From an uncultured archaeon (GTDB lineage: Archaea > Asgardarchaeota > Lokiarchaeia > Sigyniarchaeales > SOKP01): a stretch of 30,156 bases of DNA. Below the pieces are notes generated by a model, which made no database searches, had not been told where the DNA came from, and saw nothing but the letters and a program-made list of their open reading frames with translations. The stretch lies in NCBI GenBank assembly GCA_964583985.1, contig CAZOYD010000044.1, forward strand, positions 1-30,156, written 5' to 3'. The translations under genes and the position numbers were made by a program. This document shows positions 19,244-26,405 of this stretch, piece by piece; positions within the stretch are counted from its first letter, which is position 1; every line of letters starts with the position of its first letter.

Positions 19244-20047
19244 ATGCCAGTTATTGGAATTGATAATGAAATGTGTAATGGATGTAATATTTGCTTAACT
19301 ACATGTGTTGTTTTCCGACCTGACAAGGAAAATCATAAAGTAATTTTTAATGATCCTGATGGATTCTGTAATTCGTGTGGAAAATGTATTGCAAGATGTC
19401 CCCAAGATGCGATACTACACGACATAGATGACGATTCATATGAATTTGAGGGTGTTAATCACCTAGAAACGATCATATCCTATGATGCGATCTATAAATT
19501 TGTAAGAGCTCATCGCTCTGTTCGGTTATACAAGGATAAAAAAGTTGAAAAAGATAAACTCCAGAAAATGTTTGAAGTGATGAGATATGCTCCTACTGGT
19601 GGAAACTTACGTTCTGAACGATTTGTTGTTATATCTGATCCGCTGATAATTAAAAAACTTAATAATGCGGTAGTAGAGCAATTAAATAAAAATAAAGAAA
19701 TGCACGAACAATATGGAAAACTGTTTGAGCGTATCAGCAAAATTTTTAAAAGCCCCGTCTTTTTTGATGCTCCTCACATAGTGTTCGTCGAATCAGACGA
19801 GGATTCGGAGTTTGAAGCAAATAACATTGGAATAGTTATAACTTATGGGCGTTTAGCGGCTCAATCACTTGGATTAGGGACTTGTTGGAACGGTTGGACT
19901 CAAATCGCGATGCACGACAATCCGGAGATCAAAAAGATAGTCAATCTAACGGGAAAGAGAGTAGGCGTATATATGGTCGGTTATCCCGCTGTCAAGTTCT
20001 TTCGTGCACCCCCAAGATCACAAAAATCCATTCGAGGTTTAGAATAA
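19244..20047 (+). CDS. Nitroreductase with N-terminal 2x[4Fe-4S] ferredoxin domain
   Basis: 'CNGCNICLTTC', 'CNSCGKCIARCP', 'HRSVRLY', 'APTGGN', 'LGLGTCWNG', 'VGYP'. GGAG RBS. Confidence 0.92.
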   Translation: MPVIGIDNEMCNGCNICLTTCVVFRPDKENHKVIFNDPDGFCNSCGKCIARCPQDAILHDIDDDSYEFEGVNHLETIISYDAIYKFVRAHRSVRLYKDKKVEKDKLQKMFEVMRYAPTGGNLRSERFVVISDPLIIKKLNNAVVEQLNKNKEMHEQYGKLFERISKIFKSPVFFDAPHIVFVESDEDSEFEANNIGIVITYGRLAAQSLGLGTCWNGWTQIAMHDNPEIKKIVNLTGKRVGVYMVGYPAVKFFRAPPRSQKSIRGLE

Positions 20048-20196
20048 AAAGAAATTAAAAAAAATAATGAAAAAAAAAAGGGAAATTCCGAGAATAAAGA
20101 GAAAAACATCCTCATTTGGAGTTTTCCAAACCTTGTGTCTCTCCTGATATTTCCAAAATTTAATTGCTTACTAATTATACATAATTCTTAATATAA

Positions 20197-20448
20197 TTAA
20201 TCACGTCTTCGGTTTCGAAAACTCTTACGAGGTCCTTTTTCGACGACTTTCAAATTACTGGCTTGTGGACCTTTTTCGCCATCTGTAATTTCAAATTCGA
20301 CTTTGTCTCCTTCATAAATGACTTTAAATTCATCTTCTGGAGTTTGAATCACTGAAAAATGAACAAAAACATCAGAAGAGTCATCATCGCGCGTAATGAA
20401 ACCATATCCTTTACGTGCGTCAAACCATTTCACAATTCCACTTGTCAT
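20197..20448 (-). CDS. csp: Cold-shock protein (CspA family) with Arg-rich C-terminal tail
   Basis: 'GIVKWFD', RNP1 'KGYGFI', RNP2 'VFVHFS', 'KGPQA'. Confidence 0.95.
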   Translation of the reverse strand: MTSGIVKWFDARKGYGFITRDDDSSDVFVHFSVIQTPEDEFKVIYEGDKVEFEITDGEKGPQASNLKVVEKGPRKSFRNRRRD

Positions 20449-20489
20449 GCCAAAAACCGGTGTTTCTTTGGTCTAATTCTAAAATACAT

Positions 20490-20511
20490 GTGATACAATT
20501 TTTCGTATCAC
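20490..20511 (-). promoter_or_regulatory. 7-bp inverted repeat in the probable csp 5' leader
   Basis: GTGATAC-N8-GTATCAC, lying between a TATA-like TTTTAAAA (about 20532-20539) and the csp ATG. Confidence 0.4.
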
Positions 20512-20629
20512 TATGATAATTATGTACAGCATTTTAAAAAAACTTTTCTAACCATAATTTCAGTTTAGAAATACATATGCAAAAAAGTTTTTATGAACCC
20601 CATCCAAATTAACATTAGATTTCATATAT

Positions 20630-20674
20630 AATTTCGAGCTGAGATTTTATCTCTTTCATGAGTTTCTCGAAATT
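20630..20674 (+). promoter_or_regulatory. Nested inverted repeat upstream of the MscS pair
   Basis: AATTTCGAG...CTCGAAATT (9 bp) encloses GAGAT-TTT-ATCTC. Confidence 0.4.
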
Positions 20675-20713
20675 GATTATAAAATCTGCTAAATATAGAT
20701 TTGAGGAAATCAA

Positions 20714-21655
20714 ATGAAAAATTATACAAAATATTTAATTTATTTATGCTTGTTGGTACCATTATCTATTTGGGTTTACTTTTATTCTCCATTACACGAT
20801 TTATCTGTTAACTTATTTCTTCTAATCGCTTTGATTTTTATTATTCGAAAACCATTAATAAGGCTTATAAATTTTTTCATAAAGAAGCGTTTCTATCGAG
20901 CAACTGTCTCTATAATTATCAATTTAATATGGAGTGTTTTCATTTTTTGGTTTATTGGTACAATAAACGTCCCCTTATTGGTAGCTATTCTGCCATTTTT
21001 GGTCATATCTATATCATTAAACTTGAGCAAGATAATCAATAATATAACGTCGGGGGGTTTTCTATTAGGATCAGGGCAATTTGAGGTTGGTGATTTAGTA
21101 GAAACAAATGGTATTCAAGGAATCGTACAAGAAATAACTTTAAATTATACCGTTATCAAACAATTCAATGGAATTTTTGCCATAATTCCAAACAGTAGTG
21201 TTTATGGTTCTTCAATTATTAAATTCACTCATAAAAAATATCAATCATATAGACGCGTGAAAAAGGAGGAATTTGAGAAGAAGGAGTTGTATAAACAATA
21301 CGTTAAAATGATTAACAAGTTATTGTCTTCAAACATCAAAACCACCAGATATATTAAATCCCTTGAATTACCTGGTTCTATTAGTCCAGAAGCTCTAAAT
21401 GATAAATTGATGAAAGTTTTTGATCGATATGAGAAGGCGTTTGGGATGCGACCTGAATATGTCATAGATAAAACGCGATATGGAGGCGTTCGCATTAACT
21501 TGTATGTTAATTCACCCAAACCAGAGTTGATATTGCAATTCATGGATTCTTTTTTGAGAGATTTAGCATATGAAATATATCAAGAAGCTATATTCAATGG
21601 ATGGGACAACTATCAATCTATAACAAATGATCAAAAGGGAGGTGTAGGAAAATAG
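20714..21655 (+). CDS. MscS-family mechanosensitive channel-like protein 1
   Basis: TM helices followed by the MscS beta domain 'FEVGDLVETNGIQGIVQEITLNYTVI...IIPNS'. Confidence 0.85.
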   Translation: MKNYTKYLIYLCLLVPLSIWVYFYSPLHDLSVNLFLLIALIFIIRKPLIRLINFFIKKRFYRATVSIIINLIWSVFIFWFIGTINVPLLVAILPFLVISISLNLSKIINNITSGGFLLGSGQFEVGDLVETNGIQGIVQEITLNYTVIKQFNGIFAIIPNSSVYGSSIIKFTHKKYQSYRRVKKEEFEKKELYKQYVKMINKLLSSNIKTTRYIKSLELPGSISPEALNDKLMKVFDRYEKAFGMRPEYVIDKTRYGGVRINLYVNSPKPELILQFMDSFLRDLAYEIYQEAIFNGWDNYQSITNDQKGGVGK

Positions 21656-22554
21656 CTCCTCTATTTTCAACAAATATAGAAGCCTTCTTATATCTCACTA
21701 TGATTGGTCTGATTTTATATGCAGTGAATTATGCTTTAAACATTCTTTTAAGTGGTATTTCTAAAATATCCATTAAAGGGAGGAATAAATTCATGTTTAT
21801 CATCCGATTAGTGTCGATTGTAAGCTTTATCTACTTGATAATCAATGGATTCCCTTCTTTCACTAGCATACCAACTGAATATACTGCAATCATTACGGGA
21901 TCAATAAGTACAGCACTAGCATTTGCTACAAGCGGTATATTTTCAAATTATATAGCTGGTTTATTGATTTGGATAATGGATCCTTTTGATATTGGAGAAT
22001 TCGTCAAAATTAAAGGACAAAAAGGCATAGTGAGATCAATCTCTTTAACACGAGTAGTTATCGAAACCTTTGATCGAATTATTGTTGAAGTTTCGAATTC
22101 TGAATTAGTTTCATCATTGATCTTTAACTATTCTATTGAACTCAAACGAAAAAAGAATTTTATGAGATTCAAGAATCAAATACGTAGTCCTCAAGAAATC
22201 GGAAATGCTCGCTTGGATATTGACGTGTTTGATGAAGAGATGAGGAAAGAATCTGAAGAAGATTTAAACCAATTCTATGCAAAAATGATGGAAAATGATA
22301 GTAATGTGGTTCATTCCTTCAATTTTAGGATGCAAGTACCTCAATATCAGTTTAGAATAAAAGTTGCCGAGATCGAAGAAGTCTGTCAAAAATATAAGGA
22401 AATTTTTGGAAAAAAACCCAGTTTTCATGTTGTTGATTTCTTTGGCGCTCAAATTGAACTTAAATTTCGAATTTTGACTTTAAGCGAAAATTCTCTGCTT
22501 TTGTATCAATCGAAATTGGTAGAAGACCTTTATAAGGTTATTCTGAAACAGTAA
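21652..22554 (+). CDS. MscS-family mechanosensitive channel-like protein 2 (start ATA 21652 proposed; first ATG 21700)
   Basis: 'ALAFATSGIFSNYIAGLLI...PFDIGEFVKI.GQKGIVRSISLTRV'. The frame is open from 21631 and a GGAGGTG RBS lies at 21638-21644. Confidence 0.85.
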   Translation: MAPLFSTNIEAFLYLTMIGLILYAVNYALNILLSGISKISIKGRNKFMFIIRLVSIVSFIYLIINGFPSFTSIPTEYTAIITGSISTALAFATSGIFSNYIAGLLIWIMDPFDIGEFVKIKGQKGIVRSISLTRVVIETFDRIIVEVSNSELVSSLIFNYSIELKRKKNFMRFKNQIRSPQEIGNARLDIDVFDEEMRKESEEDLNQFYAKMMENDSNVVHSFNFRMQVPQYQFRIKVAEIEEVCQKYKEIFGKKPSFHVVDFFGAQIELKFRILTLSENSLLLYQSKLVEDLYKVILKQ

Positions 22555-22577
22555 TCTTTTAAATTTTTCTTTTTTTT
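22555..22577 (+). terminator. Oligo-T terminator after the MscS pair
   Basis: T-rich tracts immediately after TAA 22554. Confidence 0.5.
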
Positions 22578-22745
22578 AATTAATCCAAAAATTAATCATA
22601 TTACAAGAGGTATATATAATAAAAGAGATTTTTAAATTTTGAATAGAATTCATATTAAATTGTAGTATCATTAGTTATTATTTAATCGATGATTTTGTAG
22701 CTATAAATGTGAGAAATTTTATGATTTTCAACTTTGGTGAATACA

Positions 22746-23294
22746 ATGGTTAAGTTAAATGATTTAACAGTCCCTCTCCTTGAAAAATTAGCCGAGGAGT
22801 GTAATATCCCTCTGAAAAAAGGTTCCAAAAAAAAGGAGAAGATAGAACTAATAAAAGCGGCTAACATTGACGAGTTGAAACTTCAAGAACTTATTCAAAA
22901 ATATCTAAATAATAAAACATCTGAAAAAAAACCAAAAGACGACTTGATTTCTGAATTAAAAGGAAGAATTCGATTACTCGAAGAACAAGTGAAATTTCTT
23001 ATGTCTAAGATTAGTGTATCAGAAATAAAATTAAGTGATAAAGAAAATCAAGAGATTATTACAATTACCAGTGATCTAAGAGATATAAAAAAGTTCATCA
23101 AATCAATAATTAAACCAGGCGAATCGATATCTATAGATGAGTTAATAGAGATAAGAGAGCTCCAAAAAATCCCCCTTATAACTCTAAAACATGCAATTTA
23201 TGATTTAATTGATGAGAGCATAATATCTTCCTCAGAAGGAAATTCAAGGCAAAATTTAGGCGGTAAAATCAAGATTATTACCAGAATAAAGTAA
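22746..23294 (+). CDS. Hypothetical protein: N-terminal helix-extended-loop-helix (Rho_N/SAP/LEM-like), coiled coil, probable C-terminal winged helix
   Basis: 'LNDLTVPLLEKLAEECNIPLKKGSKKKEKIELI', 'LISELKGRIRLLEEQVKFL', 'ISIDELIE...LKHAIYDLIDESII'. GGTGA RBS precedes ATG 22746. Confidence 0.7.
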   Translation: MVKLNDLTVPLLEKLAEECNIPLKKGSKKKEKIELIKAANIDELKLQELIQKYLNNKTSEKKPKDDLISELKGRIRLLEEQVKFLMSKISVSEIKLSDKENQEIITITSDLRDIKKFIKSIIKPGESISIDELIEIRELQKIPLITLKHAIYDLIDESIISSSEGNSRQNLGGKIKIITRIK

Positions 23295-23309
23295 TGAGAG
23301 TGAAATTTT

Positions 23310-24311
23310 ACGGGAGAATCCAAAGCAGATCAAAGTCATTACTCAATTGAGTTAAAATATGGTATTTGCACTTCTTGCAATAAGAAATCCAAGGTGGTAC
23401 AAAGAAAGATCTCTGGGGAATTTCATTGTCCAGAATGTTTTATAGAATCTGTTGAAAAATTGATTTATCAGACTGTAGTTCATTATCGAATGTTAAAACC
23501 AGAAGATAAGATCATAGTTGGCCTTTCGGGTGGAAAAGATTCGATAAGTCTTTTATATAACATGATACATATCAAGGAAAAAATAGGCAATTTTGAACCA
23601 ATAATTGCGCTTACAATTGATGAGGGCATTAGAGATTATCGAAAAAAGAGTATTGAATTTGCAAAACAATATTGTCAAGAATATAATATCCACCATGAGA
23701 TCGCTTCATTCAAGGAGCGTATAGGTAAGAATTTAGATGAAATCTTATTATTGAAAAGAGGAACTGATACGGAGCGGTACACGTGTAATTATTGTGCCAC
23801 TATTAGGAGGAGAATGCTTAATGAAGAAGCAAAAAATTTAGGCGGAACCGTTTTAGCACTTGGACATAATTTGACTGATGTTACCGAAACCTTTCTAATG
23901 AATGTGCTTTATAAACGCCATCAACTGATAGCTAATCAGTATCTCTTCAAAACAGAAACCGAAGAAGCGAAAAAACATTTCATTAAAAAAATAACGCCGC
24001 TAATAAAGATTCCTGAAGAAGAAATTTTCTTATATGCAAATTTGAAATATTTAAACTATTATCCCTCTCATTGTCCTTATAGAGAAGAAGATCCTATCCT
24101 AAGAAAGCGAGTTTTGGATTTTATCTTGAAGATAAAAACGATCCTTCCAGAAGTTGAATATAATTTATTTGAAAGTTTTCAACGAATGTCAGAAAAACTG
24201 TACAAAACTCTTCCTTATCAACAATTTCAAGAGTGCAATATTTGTGGTTATCCTTGTGGTAATTCGCAATTATGCACATATTGCACCTTAATTGAAAGTC
24301 TAAAAAGTTAA
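23310..24311 (+). CDS. tRNA 2-thiolation protein (TtuA/NcsA/Ctu1, TIGR00269-like); true start uncertain and upstream of the track's GTG 23394
   Basis: PP-loop 'SGGKDS', 'IDEGI', 'CNYC', 'GHNLTD', 'CPY', and C-terminal CNIC/CTYC. The first zinc-finger pair CTSC is encoded in frame at 23367-23378. Confidence 0.88.
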   Translation, partial: TGESKADQSHYSIELKYGICTSCNKKSKVVQRKISGEFHCPECFIESVEKLIYQTVVHYRMLKPEDKIIVGLSGGKDSISLLYNMIHIKEKIGNFEPIIALTIDEGIRDYRKKSIEFAKQYCQEYNIHHEIASFKERIGKNLDEILLLKRGTDTERYTCNYCATIRRRMLNEEAKNLGGTVLALGHNLTDVTETFLMNVLYKRHQLIANQYLFKTETEEAKKHFIKKITPLIKIPEEEIFLYANLKYLNYYPSHCPYREEDPILRKRVLDFILKIKTILPEVEYNLFESFQRMSEKLYKTLPYQQFQECNICGYPCGNSQLCTYCTLIESLKS

Positions 24312-25309
24312 AGAGATACTCCACAATATGGACACACCTTTACGTGAGGCTCAATATATTTCTGACAATAGGCGCATTGAATCTTTTGATTTTTGTCATC
24401 CCCTAAATCATAAAGAAACTCAGAAACATATTCGGGATTCACGATTAGATAATCCCCATCTATTACAAAATTGAATTTTTTTGCCCACTCAAAAATTTTC
24501 TTGGTAAATGCTTTTTCATCCATGTTCAACGCGATACGCATCATTTCTAATTTCAATCGCGTAGATACTAATATCATCGATTTAATTTGATCGAGTCTTT
24601 TTTTTTCTAAATCTTTTAATTCAAGCTGTTCAGATTCTTTATACATCTTCACTTGATTAAGTATTTCAATTAATTTGTCAATTTTGTTCTTATCGGGTAC
24701 CTGCCTCCCTAATTTTTCTCTCAATGGTATACATGTATAGATCTCCTTATTTTTCATCTCAATTTGCACCATTTTGGTGGACTGATGAAGGAATGGAATG
24801 ATATTTTTTATTTGTAAAATACTAATTACCTTTATTAATCCCTTATCATATGGTTTAAAAGATAAATAATCCTCTGTTAAAATAAAGATTCCAATCTCCA
24901 TATTTGCCTTCCAATTTAATATATTAGGTAAATTATTCCAAAAACCTCCAGTAATCTCATAAAAAATAGTTTTTTCTTTCTTCAAAACATTTCTAGCTAA
25001 GTGGCTAAAGAAAATTTGAGTTTCATATTTAGACACTAAGATTGCATCGTTCTTTTTTATCATAGCGTGAATGGAATACGTATTTTCGTGAACATCTTCT
25101 ATTTCAATAAAATGGAGAGTATGTCTACGTTTAAAATAGAACTTAGTTATATCAGATATTTTAATTTGATAAATAATTTTATCTTTTTCAGACTCAAAGG
25201 ATAACACTTGATCCGTTAATTTAAGAATTCCTCTTGATCTTTTTGAAACTAACGCCTTGTATGATGGGTTCCCCGAAGTAAAACTTCCATGTGATTCAAA
25301 ATAAATCAT
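24308..25309 (-). CDS. Hypothetical protein: two PH/GRAM-like repeats, a helical (winged-helix-like) domain and a C-terminal zinc ribbon
   Basis: Repeats 'GILKLTDQVLSFES...YQIKISDI' and 'GIFILTEDYLSFKP...VISILQI', then 'VSTRLKLEMMR..LNMD...IFEWAKKFNFVIDGDYL', then CAYC..CPYCG. Confidence 0.75.
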   Translation of the reverse strand: MIYFESHGSFTSGNPSYKALVSKRSRGILKLTDQVLSFESEKDKIIYQIKISDITKFYFKRRHTLHFIEIEDVHENTYSIHAMIKKNDAILVSKYETQIFFSHLARNVLKKEKTIFYEITGGFWNNLPNILNWKANMEIGIFILTEDYLSFKPYDKGLIKVISILQIKNIIPFLHQSTKMVQIEMKNKEIYTCIPLREKLGRQVPDKNKIDKLIEILNQVKMYKESEQLELKDLEKKRLDQIKSMILVSTRLKLEMMRIALNMDEKAFTKKIFEWAKKFNFVIDGDYLIVNPEYVSEFLYDLGDDKNQKIQCAYCQKYIEPHVKVCPYCGVSL

Positions 25310-25334
25310 ATTCCATGTGATTCAAAATAATTCA
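25285..25334. repeat. Tandem direct repeat, period 26 nt, spanning the start of 24308-25309
   Basis: TTCCATGTGATTCAAAATAA is exact at 25285-25304 and 25311-25330, extending to 24 nt with one mismatch. Confidence 0.85.
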
Positions 25335-25489
25335 GTAATATATAATTATTCTAAATATGTTAAAAATCATAAAGTCTTATGAGAATAAAAATTGAAAATA
25401 ATACATCGAATTGATAATGCCAGAAAATGTTGATGTGAAGTTCTGATAAAAAAATAAAGTTAAAGAAATATAAATATACTATTTAAAGG

Positions 25490-26287
25490 TCATTTATTAT
25501 ATCTATCAACTTTTATGAATGAATATGGTTCAAATTTTTCCGGTTCAGCTTCTGCAACAACTTCACCAGGTTGCATTTGACTGTTAGTTTTAAGATACAA
25601 GCAGCCAAGCACTCTCTCAATTACAATTTCATCCCAAGGGTCATCATCTGAATGGTTTAACCTGATTTCAAGATCTCCCAATGCCATTTCGCTAGATTGC
25701 ATCGTGATTTCTTCCCTAATCAAGCGAGGATTGTAGTCAAAATCTACATATTTTGGAGATCTAAAAAACTTAAAATTATATGTTATGCTTGCAGGTTTAC
25801 TAGGATTCAGCCCAAGTTCCATGCCAATTTTCAGAAAATCCTTAGCGTTTGGTTTATTATTGAGATTTGCTTTTGCTTCAATATATTTAACCCCATGGCG
25901 TTCTACCCACCCCTCAAATTTTTTTTCCTTCTTCTCAAAATGAATAGTGGACATCTTTTTTGGATAACCAAATACCTCTCTTCCACCGATCAGGGCCATA
26001 TCATTATCAACTGGCATGGCAAGGCAATACATTCCCGTGATATTATCAAATTCAGCAAATAAAAACAACGCTCCTTCTTTATACTTTACACCGAAATTAG
26101 TTCGTGGATAATTAGCGATAAATGCACATGCTACTGGATGTTTCGCGGGTTTTAGTGGAGCCGGTAATAATCTTTTGATAATTTGTGGTTTTGTTTCCCA
26201 ATACATCGATACAAATTCAGCATCATAAAAATCGAACGAATTTCTTTTTAGTTTTATTAGTTCTTCAGGCGTTTTTATAAATCCCAT
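25490..26287 (-). CDS. Acetoacetate decarboxylase family protein
   Basis: 'RLLPAPL', 'YKEGAL', Schiff-base Lys motif 'GREVFGYPKK'. Confidence 0.9.
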   Translation of the reverse strand: MGFIKTPEELIKLKRNSFDFYDAEFVSMYWETKPQIIKRLLPAPLKPAKHPVACAFIANYPRTNFGVKYKEGALFLFAEFDNITGMYCLAMPVDNDMALIGGREVFGYPKKMSTIHFEKKEKKFEGWVERHGVKYIEAKANLNNKPNAKDFLKIGMELGLNPSKPASITYNFKFFRSPKYVDFDYNPRLIREEITMQSSEMALGDLEIRLNHSDDDPWDEIVIERVLGCLYLKTNSQMQPGEVVAEAEPEKFEPYSFIKVDRYNK

Positions 26288-26405
26288 AAAATCACTTTTA
26301 AATCTTAATTTATGCTAATTTTATATAAGTACAAACTAATTTATTAATTATTATTATAGCACGGAATCTATATTATCATTATTAATTAAATAAATTGAAC
26401 TTGAA

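Noticed and set aside
25285-25334. CRISPR mini-array
   Set aside because: Only two copies, a 2-6 nt gap instead of a spacer, one copy is coding, and no cas genes are present.
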